Assembly (NCBI GenBank): GCA_963422375.2
Contig: OY729428.2
Location: forward strand, 800,001 to 864,000
Length of the DNA: 64,000 nucleotides
Direction: 5' to 3'
From: Bryobacterales bacterium
GTDB lineage: Bacteria; Acidobacteriota; Terriglobia; Bryobacterales; UBA6623
How positions within the stretch are numbered: position 1 is the first letter of the stretch; the number at the start of each line of letters is the position of its first letter. The notes beneath the pieces were generated by a model. It saw only the letters and a program-made list of their open reading frames with translations, did not search any database and was not told the origin of the DNA. Shown here piece by piece: positions 34,680 through 45,260 of the stretch. Both the position numbers and the translations under genes were made by a program.

Positions 34680-35739
34680 TCATCGAACCTCCATGGAGAA
34701 CTTCATGGCTCCTTGAATAGCGTCTGGTCCATACGTGACACACCGGTTTCTTTGGTCCCGCACTTCAAGGCGGTGCAAGCGAAAGTCGTCGGAGGCTAGA
34801 ACCGAATTCATTGCTTCGACGCACTCATAACTGTGCGTGGTGGCTATCACTTGAGTGTTGTTGGCATCGGAAGCCTTGTCAATCACTTTCCATACATGTT
34901 CGAGAACAGAGTGATGGAGGCCATTCTCGATCTCGTCGATGAGCAACACACCGTCGGGAACCGATAGCAGTGACAGCAGCAGGTCCGCAAGCCACACCAT
35001 GCCACCTCCCATCATCGAAATAGGAATCCATTTTTTCAGGCCGATGTCACACCATATCATCGGATTTCCCGAAGCCACGCTGTCGTCCAATGATTTAAGA
35101 TTCGGATCAATGACTTGCAGAGCCTGCTTCATGAGGTCGACATTCTTGCTTACTTTGAGCCTCCCGAACCGCACAGCTTCGCTCTCAACGATTCGAAATC
35201 TCGGCGATTTCAATGCAATATTGAAGGGCACAACGTTCTCTTTCGGAGGATCTGACCATATGGAATCACCTGATTCTCTGACTCGAGCTTCCATTTTCAC
35301 CTTCGAGTCGCTCGTCGTGAACTTTATCAACAACTGATAGGAATCTAGGAGATTTGTCGTCTGCTCGACTCCCGGTTTCTTATTCCTTGAGATTGGAGGA
35401 TGGGAGTGGTCGGTTTCAATTGTGAGTTTTGTTGATCCATGTATCGAATGGTCTGCCCGAATTACTAGTCTGTGTCTCTAGATCCAGATCGCAAAACAAT
35501 GGTTCCCATAGAGTTCTCTTGATTACATCAGATATATTGCCATCGTAGGCGACGTCTCTCACAATCACTGGATTCACTAAATTGCTTGGATTTGCGCCGT
35601 TTCCAAGCAAGAACAGTGCTTCTAATAACGAAGATTTTCCGGAGTTGTTCCTCCCAGAGAAGAGATTGATTCTCTTGAGATCGCGGACTTCAAGGTCTCG
35701 TAGAATCCGATAGTTGCCAATGTGAATGCTGCGTAGCAC
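34680..35739 (-). pseudogene. AAA_15/AAA_21-type ABC ATPase, split by one frameshift near 35470
   Basis: Walker A GRNNSGKSS (35416-35739); signature MGGG, Walker B LLIDEIENGLH and TTHS (34680-35333); the second frame is open back to about 35470; visibly AT-richer than flanks; AGGAGG RBS. Confidence 0.85.
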
Positions 35740-36126
35740 TAAGTCCGAGCCCCCTCCTGCCGACGGCCTGCCTCACTTCTAGTATAGCACACGTTCCGGA
35801 CGGACTTCGGGCTCCGATCCCGGACGTTGATCAGCGTGCGTCACGGAGAGGGCGGTTCCACGCAGAAGCTCGTAGGCTCGCCTCTCGCTTCCTACAGTTC
35901 GACAAGCCCTCTGTGGGTGAACATCCCTGGTAGACTCACATCTGCGTCGAGGCGGCAGCGACCCACGCCTAGCCGACTGCGTAGCTCACATGCAGGGGCA
36001 CGGCCGGGCATGGCGGCGGGGCTGAACTTGCGGGCGAGCGTCAGGTCTCGTCCGGAGGCCGACGGCGGCACGCCGACTTGTGAAGGCTGCGCACTCACCG
36101 CGACGGCGGGCTAGAATGCAATTTCG

Positions 36127-36750
36127 GTGGCAGCTTGCGCGAAAGCGACCGGCGAGATGGTGCGACAGATCTGGGAGCAGCTGCTGGACTCTGATCGAAT
36201 GTGCCGACACTACGAGCACTTGGTGCAGCGCCCAAGTCGAGTGGGCAACTGGCTGAAGACCGGCACGGTCTGTGCCTCTTCCGGTCCAGTGATCGCCTAC
36301 CTAGCGCCCCTACCCGTGTGGATTCCTAGAGCCGCCGTGGCCACGACGGCAGTGGCGATCTACCTGCTGGCAATCAGACGGTATCGGGAGAAGGCCGCAC
36401 GAAGCGCCGACATCGACCGACAGATGGCGAGAATCCAAGCCCAATCCGAAACCCGATTGACGGGACACTGCGACACGGCAGGCGCGCAACCTCGGTACAG
36501 TGCATGGTCGCTAGCACCTTCAGGCGCTCGGGAGGCTCTGGCGCAGGCGTCCCGGAACGGTCTGGCCGCGGATCGTTCGCTTCGCCGCGTTCGTCCGGGG
36601 AAGCCCGGGCCCGCTAATTCCCGCCCGCATGAGCCTCCCCATCGTGCCTCGTCCGATATTCGGCGACCGCGCGCGGCTCCCGGGGCGGAGCCGACCGGCG
36701 GATGGCCCTCGCGCCGTGTTCGAGCCCGTCCCGCCGGACAGACTCCATAG
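36127..36750 (+). CDS. Hypothetical two-TM protein (possibly SLATT-like), probably degenerate
   Basis: IWEQLLDSDRMCRHY helix, two weakly hydrophobic segments, then YREKAARS helix; sequence after about 36460 looks non-coding. Confidence 0.3.
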   Translation: MAACAKATGEMVRQIWEQLLDSDRMCRHYEHLVQRPSRVGNWLKTGTVCASSGPVIAYLAPLPVWIPRAAVATTAVAIYLLAIRRYREKAARSADIDRQMARIQAQSETRLTGHCDTAGAQPRYSAWSLAPSGAREALAQASRNGLAADRSLRRVRPGKPGPANSRPHEPPHRASSDIRRPRAAPGAEPTGGWPSRRVRARPAGQTP

Positions 36751-36866
36751 CCCTGACCGCGCTGCGTTCCCGGTCTGTCTTGGCTTCGACCCGGGCCTCG
36801 ACAGCCGCGGGTAGGTACGAGTTGTGCCGCGGGCGCTGCCGACCCGCGAACCGCGGTCAGGTTAAC

Positions 36867-37697
36867 ATGGGGAATTCGCAGGCCAGCAGCGCCAGCCCGA
36901 CGATGAAGAAGAACGCCATCCAAGAGGCCCGGCCCGCCGGGAAGCAAGCGTCGCGCCGCCCAGAGCCTTCTCGCGGGGTCATTGCCGAATGGACGGTCAC
37001 GATCCTGCTGCTGCTCTTCGGGACCACCACCCTAGTCCAAGCCTTCGTGATCCCGACCGGCTCGATGGAGGAGTCGCTGCTGATCGGCGACCACCTGCTG
37101 GTCGACAAGCTGGCCTACGCGCCGGAGGGCGTCATCAGCCAGTATCTGCTGCCCTACCAAGACGTCGAGCGCGGCGACATCGTGGTGTTCCGCTATCCGA
37201 TCGACCTGCACCAGACCTTCGTGAAGCGGGTCGTGGGCGTGCCCGGCGACCGCATACGCATCGTGGACAAGGAGCTGTGGATTAACGGCAACCGGGTCGT
37301 GGAGCCGTACGTCGTCTACAAGAGCGATTTCATCGACGCCTACCGCGACAACTTTCCGTCCGTGCCCACGTCCATGCAGATCTACGAGCCGGCCATGCGC
37401 ATGCTGCGCGAGAACGTCGAGGACGGCGAGCTCGTGGTTCCCGAGGGGCAGTTCTTCGCCATGGGCGACAACCGCGACCAATCTCTCGACAGCCGCTACT
37501 GGGGTTTCGTGCCGCGGGACCATATCATCGGCAAGCCGCTCATTATCTATTGGTCCTACGACGCACCGACCTCGCACCTGCAGGATCCCGGCATCTCGCT
37601 CGAGCACTTGAGGGACCTAGCCTTGAACTTCTTTACGAAGACCCGCTGGACGCGCACCTTCAAGCTCATCCGAGGTCACGACTTGGAGACACGCTGA
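36867..37697 (+). CDS. lepB: Signal peptidase I
   Basis: IPTGSME (Ser), FVKRVVGVPGD (Lys), GDNRDQSLDSRYWG; start ATG 36867 or 36903. Confidence 0.95.
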   Translation: MGNSQASSASPTMKKNAIQEARPAGKQASRRPEPSRGVIAEWTVTILLLLFGTTTLVQAFVIPTGSMEESLLIGDHLLVDKLAYAPEGVISQYLLPYQDVERGDIVVFRYPIDLHQTFVKRVVGVPGDRIRIVDKELWINGNRVVEPYVVYKSDFIDAYRDNFPSVPTSMQIYEPAMRMLRENVEDGELVVPEGQFFAMGDNRDQSLDSRYWGFVPRDHIIGKPLIIYWSYDAPTSHLQDPGISLEHLRDLALNFFTKTRWTRTFKLIRGHDLETR

Positions 37698-37716
37698 GCG
37701 CCCCGCCCGGGCATTC

Positions 37717-38799
37717 ATGCGAACCCAGGCGCACCGGCACGCGGTAATTCTGGCAGGCGGCCGAGGTGTGCGCTTCTGGCCCCGCAGCCGGGCCCGCTTG
37801 CCTAAGCAGCTGCTTTCCCCGCTGGGTGGCGCCTCGCTCCTCCGCCGCACTTACGAGCGAGTCCTCGGCGCGTTCGAGCCCGACCGGATCTGGGTCGTTA
37901 CGGCGGCCTCGCTGCGCGAAGCGGTGGCCGGCGAGCTTCCCGAGGTGGCTGCCCGCCGCTTGATTTCCGAGCCCGAGCAGCGCAACACGGCCCCGGCCAT
38001 CGGCCTCGTAGCGGCCCTGCTGCTGCGCGAGGACCCGGACGCCGTGATGGGCACCTTCCCCTCCGACCACCACTTCGAGCGCGAGAGCGCCTACCGCAGG
38101 GCACTCCCTCGCCTGCTCGAGGCAACGGCCCTGGACCGTCTGATCGTCCTAGGAATCGAGCCGGCCTGGCCGGAAACGGGCTACGGCTACATCGAATTTC
38201 CCGTCGGCACCGGACCTGGCTTGGTCGAACCGACGCCCGTCGTCCAGTTCCGCGAGAAACCGGACCGCGAGACCGCGAGGCGGTTCGTTGCGGCCGAGCA
38301 CTTTTTCTGGAACAGCGGCCAGTTCTTCTGGAAGGCGGGCGTGCTGGCGGAGGAAATGCGCCGGTACCTGCCGGCCACCTGGGCGACCCTGTCATGGATC
38401 GCGCGAGGCCCGGAGCGCAGCTTCGAGACCCGGCTCGCGGAGCGCTATGCAGCCTGCGAGAGCGTTTCGGTCGACCGAGCCGTCCTGGAACGCTCTCAGC
38501 GCGTCTCCGGCTTCGCGGTCAATGACGTTGGCTGGAGCGACATTGGCAGCTGGGATGCGCTGCACTCTCTCACGCCGAAGGACTCGCACGGAAACGGCGC
38601 GCTGACTGACGCAACCTTCGTGAACGCGCAGGGCAACTTCGTCGACGTGCCCGGCAAGCACGCGGCGATGGTCGGCGTCGACGACCTCGTCGTGGTCGAG
38701 ACCTCCGACGCCCTGTTGATCTGCCGACGCGGCGCGGCTCAAGATGTGCGGTCGGCGGTGGACGCGGTCCGCAAGTCGGGCCGGGACGACCTCCTATGA
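37717..38799 (+). CDS. manC: Mannose-1-phosphate guanylyltransferase
   Basis: ILAGGRGVRFWPRSR, PKQLL, EPEQRNTAPAI, PSDH, ETGYGYI, FREKP, WNSG, WSDIGSW; no isomerase domain. Confidence 0.9.
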   Translation: MRTQAHRHAVILAGGRGVRFWPRSRARLPKQLLSPLGGASLLRRTYERVLGAFEPDRIWVVTAASLREAVAGELPEVAARRLISEPEQRNTAPAIGLVAALLLREDPDAVMGTFPSDHHFERESAYRRALPRLLEATALDRLIVLGIEPAWPETGYGYIEFPVGTGPGLVEPTPVVQFREKPDRETARRFVAAEHFFWNSGQFFWKAGVLAEEMRRYLPATWATLSWIARGPERSFETRLAERYAACESVSVDRAVLERSQRVSGFAVNDVGWSDIGSWDALHSLTPKDSHGNGALTDATFVNAQGNFVDVPGKHAAMVGVDDLVVVETSDALLICRRGAAQDVRSAVDAVRKSGRDDLL

Positions 38800-39453
38800 G
38801 AACGTCGGCCCCCGCGACACGAACCAGCGCCGCAGGCGCGGCGGGAGGCCGGGATCCATCCGCAGGCGGTGCAGGTCCGACAGGCCGTCGATGTCGTATG
38901 CCGAGGTGGGCGTCACGGCCGCTCGGAGACCGGCGGCTCGCAGTGCCTTGAGGCAGACGTCGCAGGTGTCCTTCCTAGACCAAGCCACGCCCCGGAACAT
39001 CCCCGGGGCCGTTCGCACGGCAGCGATCAACGAAAACCCGCCGTCCTCGGCCGGGCCCAGCACTGCCTCGCACGGCCCGAGGCATCCGAGCGCCTCCCTG
39101 ATCTGGGCACTCGGCAGCGTAGGCGCGTCACTCCCGACGAGCAACGCGCACCGGTGGCCCGCGCCGAGCAACTCGTCTAGGCAGTTCCGCATCTTGTCGC
39201 CCAAGTCGGCGCCGCGCTGGAGGCGGTAGCGGCCTCCGCCCGCCGCCGCGAATTCCGGCCACCAGACGTCGCAGTAGAAGTAAGGGTCGACTCGAGGAAA
39301 TGCCCCGATGCGTTCCCAAGTCGCCAAGGCGCACTCCCGGTGGAAGCTCGCGGCTTCGTCGGAGCCGAGGGCCGCGGCGAGCCGTGTCTTGACCCTGCCG
39401 GGCCGAGGCGCCTTGGCGAACATCGCCAGCGCCGTGTGGGCTAGGTCGGGCAC
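38794..39453 (-). CDS. DUF2064/TIGR04282 glycosyltransferase-like protein
   Basis: FAKAPRPGRVKTRL, QRGADLG, VGSDAP, VLGPAEDGG, YDID. Confidence 0.85.
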   Translation of the reverse strand: MPDLAHTALAMFAKAPRPGRVKTRLAAALGSDEAASFHRECALATWERIGAFPRVDPYFYCDVWWPEFAAAGGGRYRLQRGADLGDKMRNCLDELLGAGHRCALLVGSDAPTLPSAQIREALGCLGPCEAVLGPAEDGGFSLIAAVRTAPGMFRGVAWSRKDTCDVCLKALRAAGLRAAVTPTSAYDIDGLSDLHRLRMDPGLPPRLRRWFVSRGPTFS

Positions 39454-39667
39454 TCGAATCCGCCGCGGCGGTACGCCGCGACTCTCGCGGGCTGATCACC
39501 GCGGTGTCGCCGGCTACGTCGAGGGCGCGTCGCGATCCCCCGTGGGCTGGGGCGCGTTCGCGCGGCCTCCCGGAGGGGGTGCCTGCCGATTGACGGGCCC
39601 CGCGGAATCGCCGGGGCCGCAGCGAATCTTGGCGCGCAAGACGCGTTCAACTTAGTATCAGTATGGG

Positions 39668-40462
39668 GTGGAGGGAACTTCCGGGCGGAGTGCGACGTTG
39701 ACGGCCCTTGTCGTAGACGACGAGCAGCTGGCCAGGGAGGAGCTTCGATTCCTCCTGCGCTCCTTTCCCAAGGTCGAGGTCGTGGGCGAGGCCGCGGACG
39801 GCCCGGAGGCTCTGGAGCGGATCGAGGAGCTCTCCCCCGACGTGGTATTCCTCGACGTCCAGATGCCCGGTCTCAGCGGGCTGGGCGTGGTGCGCGAAAT
39901 CCTAGCGCGCGGAGGCACCCTGCCCCGGATCATATTCGCCACCGCGTTCGACCAGTATGCCGTGGAAGCGTTCGACGTCAACGCGGCGGACTACCTGCTC
40001 AAGCCGGTCGACAGGGACCGTCTCGGACGGTCGATCCGGCGGGCGCACGAACTCGTCCACTCGCCGGAGCGGGAGTCGGAACGCATGGCCCGCCTCCTGG
40101 CAAGCGTCCGGGAGCGCACGGGGCCGCCGGCGAAGGTTCTCGTGCGCACGGGAATCCGCATGATGCTCGTCGACGCCGGCGACGTGATCTTCGCGACCGT
40201 GAAGGACGGCTCCGTCCGCATCGTGGCGACCGAATTCGAAGGGCACAGCAACTACAAGACGCTTGACGACCTGCAGTCGACCCTGAGCGAGCCGGTCTTC
40301 TGGCGCCCGCACCGGTCCTATATCGTGAACATCAACCGGATCAAGGAAGTCACGCCGTGGTTCAAGTCGAACTACCAGCTAGTGATGAGCGACCGGGACC
40401 GTACGGAGATCCCGGTCAGCCGCGGGCAGACCAAGCGGCTGCGCGAGCTGTTCCGCCTGTGA
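39668..40462 (+). CDS. LytTR-family DNA-binding response regulator
   Basis: VVDDE, FLDVQMP, ATAFDQYA, DYLLKP; LytTR motifs HRSYIVN and IPVSR. Confidence 0.95.
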   Translation: MEGTSGRSATLTALVVDDEQLAREELRFLLRSFPKVEVVGEAADGPEALERIEELSPDVVFLDVQMPGLSGLGVVREILARGGTLPRIIFATAFDQYAVEAFDVNAADYLLKPVDRDRLGRSIRRAHELVHSPERESERMARLLASVRERTGPPAKVLVRTGIRMMLVDAGDVIFATVKDGSVRIVATEFEGHSNYKTLDDLQSTLSEPVFWRPHRSYIVNINRIKEVTPWFKSNYQLVMSDRDRTEIPVSRGQTKRLRELFRL

Positions 40463-40569
40463 CCTGACCGGCCGGGATTCCCTAGGGACGGGCCGGCGGC
40501 AGGCTGCTCTCACGAGCGAGCTGCGGGTCGAGCGCAGCGCGGGGCCCCGAAACCCCTATTCTGGATGCG

Positions 40570-43500
40570 ATGGCGATTCGGTCACCGTTGCGAGCTGGCC
40601 GGCTCCTGCTAGCGTTCGGAGCGCTCGCGACCGCGATTCCCGCAAGCCGGGCCCAGTCGGTCGGAGGGAGCTTGTCGGGCGTTGTCCTCGACCCTTCCGG
40701 AGCCCGCGTTTCCGCGCGAGTCACGGTGACCGAACTCGACACCGGGCGACAGCACGAATCGCCCGCTCTGCCCGACGGCAGCTACCGCTTTCCGTCCCTG
40801 CCGCCGGGGCGGTACGACCTGCTGCCCCGGGCCGAGGGGCTGGCCGCTCCGGTTCGGCGCGTCCAGGTGCGCGTCGGCACGGTCGCGCGGCTCGACCTCG
40901 AAATGTCCGTAGCGGAGGCCCGGTTCAGCGTCGACGTGTCGGACGCGACGCCCTTGGTGGAACGAGGCACGGCCGCGCTAGGCACGGTGGTCGAGCGCGG
41001 CGAATTGCGCAACCTGCCGCTCAACCAAAGGGTGTTCCTCCCGCTGACGCTCCTCGCGGGCGGCTCCCACGCGGGCGCGCCCGGCTCCGAGCTCTCGACC
41101 CAGAACGACAGCGGCTTCCATGTCGCCGGGGCCCGCGAGGCCTCGAACAACTTCCTGCTCGACGGAATCGACAACAACGACCAGTACATCAACCGGCTCG
41201 TCGTCGGCCCGCCGCTCGACACCGTGCGGGAGTTTCGCCTGCATTCCTCCGGATACAGGGCCGAGTACGGGCGCAGCGCCGGGGCCCAGGTCAACGTCGT
41301 GAGCCGCTCCGGCACCAAGGAGCTGCACGGCTCCGCCTACCACTACGTGCGGAACGATGCCATGGACGCGCGCAACTACTTCGACCCGGCGGGCCAACCC
41401 ATGCCGCCCTACCGCCGGAACCAATTCGGAGGCACCCTCGGAGGGCCGCTGCCGCGCCACCCGACGTACTTCTTCGCCGGCTTCGAGGGGACCCGCATCC
41501 GGGACGCCGCGACGCGCACGGCGTCCGTGCCGTCCCCGGAGCAGCGAGCCGGCGACTTCGCGGCCCTGCACTCCCCGGTGATCGACCCGTTCGCCCAAGG
41601 GCCGTTTCCGAACAATCGGGTCCCGCGTGCCCGGCAAAGCCCGGCGGGGCGGGCCCTCGCCGCCCGCTGGCCCGACCCGAACCGTCCGGATGCAGTGCAG
41701 AACTTCGTCTCCACGCCGCTCGGCGACGCCCTGTCGAACCAGACGATGGGGCGGCTCGACCGCGACTTCGGAACGCGGAGCCGGTTATTCGCGAGGTACA
41801 ACTTCGGGCACCTGCGCGGCTTCGATCCGTTCTCGGGCAGCGACGTGCCCGGCTTCGGAAGCTTCACGGTCGACAGCGGCCGCCACCTAGCCACCTCGTT
41901 CACGCATGCCTTCTCGCCGTTCGCCCTGCTGGAGGCGAGGGCGGGGTTCAACCGCCTCAGCCGCGAAGTCATGCACCAGAACGCCGGACACGACATCGCG
42001 GGCGAGGTCGGCATCCCGGGCCTTTCCAAGGATCCCCGCTTCGTCGGCTTCCCCAGCGTGAACGTGGCCGGATTCGCCAGCCTCTCGGACGATACCGCGC
42101 TGCCGATCCTGCGAGACAGCCGCACGGTCCACCTGTCCGCCAGCGTGGCGAGGACGGGCTCGCGCCATCGACTGAAGTGGGGCGGGGAGCACCGCGGCAT
42201 CCGGATCGACGGCACCCAGGGGCTGTTCGGTCGCGGCCAGTTCAACTTTCTCGGGGCCATCTCCCAGCACCCGGTCTCCGACCTGCTGCTGGGCATCCCG
42301 ACGTACAGCATCCGCACGAGGGTCGACAACGACTTCCGGCAGCGTGCCCGGTTCTGGAACGGCTACCTTCAGGACGACTGGAAGCTCGGGCCGGGCCTGA
42401 CCGCGAGTCTCGGGCTGCGCTACGAATTCAACGAGCCGGCGTTCGACGCGGACGACCGCTTCTCCCAATTCGACCTGGAGTCCTCGCAGCTGGTCGAACC
42501 CGGTTCGACGCCGCTCGGCCGGGCGAGCTACGCCGCCGACCGCAACAACTTCGGACCGCGGGCCGGCCTCGCGTGGAGCCCCGGACCCGCGCTGGTGGCG
42601 CGCGCAGCCTACGGCATCTACTACGAGGTCAGCGTCTTGGAGGCCAACTCCGGACTGTACTTCAATCCCCCGTACTTCGATCTCTTCCTCTTCTTCCCGT
42701 CGCCGGTCTCCCTGCCGACCCTAGAGAATCCCTTCCCTGGCGACGGCTACACGCCTCCGGCCTCGGTCAACGCCGTCCAGCCTGACTACCGGACCGGCTA
42801 CGCGCAGCACTGGAACGCCGGCTTCGAGCGGGTCCTGCGCGGCAAGATCGTCGCCCGGGCGTCCTATGTCGGCTCGAAAGGATCCAAGCTGTTGCGACGG
42901 CGCAACGTCAACCAGCCCGCGCCCGGCCCGGGGGAGATCGATCCCAGGCGTCCCACAGCCGGATTCGCCAACATCGTGCTGTTCGAATCGGGCGCGTCAT
43001 CGACCTATCACTCGGGAGTCCTCGCTCTCGAGCGGCGATTCGGCGGGCGGGCGGGATTCCGCGCGACCTACACCTGGGCCAAGTCCATCGACGACGTCTC
43101 CGCGTTCCTCGGATCGGCGGGCGACGGGGCCTTCCCTCAGAACAGCCACGACCTGCGGGCGGAACGGGGCCTGTCCAACTTCGACCAGCGCCACCGGCTG
43201 GTCTTCTCCCTCCAAGCCGCCGTGCCGTCGCGCCACTGGCTGCTCGGCGGCTGGCGGGCCTTCGCCATCGGCACGCTCGCGGGCGGGCGTCCACTGACGC
43301 CGCAGCTGGCCGAGGACAACTCGAACACCGGCAACACCGGGGGCATCTTCGGCTCGGACCGGCCGAACCTGGTCGACCGACCGAACGCGGGAGGGGCGCG
43401 CCCGGAGCGTTTCTTCGACGAGACGGCCTTCTCGCTGCCTCCCGCCCTGGCATTCGGCAGTGCGGGCCGCAACATCCTCACGGGTCCGGGCACCTCCTCG

Positions 43501-43695
43501 ATAGACGTTGCGCTGGTCCGATCACTGGAATTGACCGAAGGTGTCACCGCGGAAGTGAGAGCCGAAGCCTTCAATCTCGCTAACCGGGCGAATTTCGGAT
43601 TGCCGCAACGCACCTTCGGCCTGCCAACCTTCGGGCGAATCCTGTCGGCGGACCAGGCCCGCCAGATCCAGCTAGGCCTCCGCTTCTCGTTCTAG
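40570..43695 (+). CDS. TonB-dependent receptor, Oar-like
   Basis: 1041 aa; DPSGARV, LPLNQR, NNFLLDG, SRSGTKELHGSAYHYVRN, RNQFGGTLGGP; ends QLGLRFSF. Confidence 0.92.
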   Translation: MAIRSPLRAGRLLLAFGALATAIPASRAQSVGGSLSGVVLDPSGARVSARVTVTELDTGRQHESPALPDGSYRFPSLPPGRYDLLPRAEGLAAPVRRVQVRVGTVARLDLEMSVAEARFSVDVSDATPLVERGTAALGTVVERGELRNLPLNQRVFLPLTLLAGGSHAGAPGSELSTQNDSGFHVAGAREASNNFLLDGIDNNDQYINRLVVGPPLDTVREFRLHSSGYRAEYGRSAGAQVNVVSRSGTKELHGSAYHYVRNDAMDARNYFDPAGQPMPPYRRNQFGGTLGGPLPRHPTYFFAGFEGTRIRDAATRTASVPSPEQRAGDFAALHSPVIDPFAQGPFPNNRVPRARQSPAGRALAARWPDPNRPDAVQNFVSTPLGDALSNQTMGRLDRDFGTRSRLFARYNFGHLRGFDPFSGSDVPGFGSFTVDSGRHLATSFTHAFSPFALLEARAGFNRLSREVMHQNAGHDIAGEVGIPGLSKDPRFVGFPSVNVAGFASLSDDTALPILRDSRTVHLSASVARTGSRHRLKWGGEHRGIRIDGTQGLFGRGQFNFLGAISQHPVSDLLLGIPTYSIRTRVDNDFRQRARFWNGYLQDDWKLGPGLTASLGLRYEFNEPAFDADDRFSQFDLESSQLVEPGSTPLGRASYAADRNNFGPRAGLAWSPGPALVARAAYGIYYEVSVLEANSGLYFNPPYFDLFLFFPSPVSLPTLENPFPGDGYTPPASVNAVQPDYRTGYAQHWNAGFERVLRGKIVARASYVGSKGSKLLRRRNVNQPAPGPGEIDPRRPTAGFANIVLFESGASSTYHSGVLALERRFGGRAGFRATYTWAKSIDDVSAFLGSAGDGAFPQNSHDLRAERGLSNFDQRHRLVFSLQAAVPSRHWLLGGWRAFAIGTLAGGRPLTPQLAEDNSNTGNTGGIFGSDRPNLVDRPNAGGARPERFFDETAFSLPPALAFGSAGRNILTGPGTSSIDVALVRSLELTEGVTAEVRAEAFNLANRANFGLPQRTFGLPTFGRILSADQARQIQLGLRFSF

Positions 43696-44059
43696 GCGCT
43701 GCACAAGGGCAGCCCCTGCGGCACGGGCTGTGTCCGGCGACGCGGATGCCGCGGCGCCGGGCTCCGAGGCGGATCGGATTGCTAGGTTCAGACGACCGTT
43801 GGCGCCTGTGTCGAGATCCAGCAGTGATCAGCCGCTCCTTTCCCGGTCCGCTCGATCTCGCGACGGCAGGCCCGGTAGGGCTTGCGCGAGGACGCCGTAG
43901 CCGGAAGAGACGCCTCGCGGGCGGCCCCGCAAGCGCTCGGAACTACTCGGTCGGCGCTGTTCCGATCAGGGGCGCCGGGACGCAGGGCCGTCCCGAGCGC
44001 AACGAAAGCGCCGCGCCACCGCGGCTGCACGCCCGCACCGCCCCGGTCGTCTTGCATCA

Positions 44060-45223
44060 TTGACGGGCATGAAGGATCATGCGGCTGAGCGCGAGGGCAA
44101 GGCCCGCCGTCCGCTAGGAGCGCGGCGCCCGGCGGCGGATCCTTCCAAGGAGCAGCCCGGGGCAGCGGGCCCGAACGCGGCTCCCAAGCGCGGTCGCATC
44201 GACCTCGAGCAATTCGTCGTCTTCAACCAGCAGTTCCTCGCGCTCATCCGGGCGGGCATGCCCATCCCGCAGTCGCTCGAGCTCCTCGCCGACAACGCCA
44301 GGAGCAAGGCGCTGGCAGGACACGTCGGAGCGGTCCGGGACGACGTACGCGTCGGCGTCACGCTGTCCGAGGCCTTCGCCAAGCGCAGCGTTTTCCCCCC
44401 GATCTACGTCACCTCGCTCCTGGCAGGCGAGCGATCGGGATCGCTGGACGAAGTGCTGGACCGCTTCGTCACCTACCAGAAGGTGACTCTCGCCATCCGG
44501 AAGAAGCTGCTGGTCTCCCTGATATACCCGACCGTTCTGGTCATCCTCGTGGCGGTTCTGGTTGTCTTCCTAGTCACCTACGTGGTGCCGGAATTCTCGC
44601 AACTGTACGACACGATGGACGCCGCCCTGCCGGTCTCGACGCAGGCCCTGGTCGCGGTCGGCGAAGCGTCCCGCGCCAACGCCGCGCTGCTGCTCGCCTG
44701 CGCGGCCGCCCTAGCGGCCGCGGCCGGCTGGGCGTGGCGGCTCGAATCGACACGTTCGGCGCTAGAGCGCCTGGCCCTGCGCTCCCCGCTGGTCGGGCCG
44801 CTGTGGATACGGTACCAAGTGGCGCAGCTGGCGCGACTGCTGAGCACGCTGCTGACCGGCGGCATCCCGCTGGTGCCGGCGCTCGAGACATCCGGCGAGT
44901 CGATGGGTTCCGGGCTGCTGCGAAGCCATCTCGCGGCCGTGCGGGATCGCGTTCGCGAGGGCCGCGCGCTGGCCGCCAGCATGCTCGGTACGGGCATCTT
45001 CCCCGGCCTGGCGATCGAGATGGTGCGCGTCGGCGAAACCACGGGAGCCCTGCCCCAGATGCTCAACTCCGTCGCGGAGTTCTTCGACGAGGAGGTCCAG
45101 ACGAAGACGGCCGCCCTGCTGAACCTAGTCGAACCGGCGATCATGATTGGCATGGGCGTCTTCGTCGCGTTCGTGCTGATCTCGCTCTACCTGCCTATCT
45201 TCAGCCTCGCAGGCCAGTTCTAG
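44060..45223 (+). CDS. pilC: Type IV pilus/T2SS inner-membrane platform protein (PilC/GspF family)
   Basis: AGERSGSL, LIYP, VVPEF, VGETTGAL, LVEP, LYLPIF; start could be ATG 44069. Confidence 0.9.
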   Translation: MTGMKDHAAEREGKARRPLGARRPAADPSKEQPGAAGPNAAPKRGRIDLEQFVVFNQQFLALIRAGMPIPQSLELLADNARSKALAGHVGAVRDDVRVGVTLSEAFAKRSVFPPIYVTSLLAGERSGSLDEVLDRFVTYQKVTLAIRKKLLVSLIYPTVLVILVAVLVVFLVTYVVPEFSQLYDTMDAALPVSTQALVAVGEASRANAALLLACAAALAAAAGWAWRLESTRSALERLALRSPLVGPLWIRYQVAQLARLLSTLLTGGIPLVPALETSGESMGSGLLRSHLAAVRDRVREGRALAASMLGTGIFPGLAIEMVRVGETTGALPQMLNSVAEFFDEEVQTKTAALLNLVEPAIMIGMGVFVAFVLISLYLPIFSLAGQF

Positions 45224-45260
45224 GCGCAAGCCCCGGGGAGAGCCGCCGAGCTCCCGCAAG

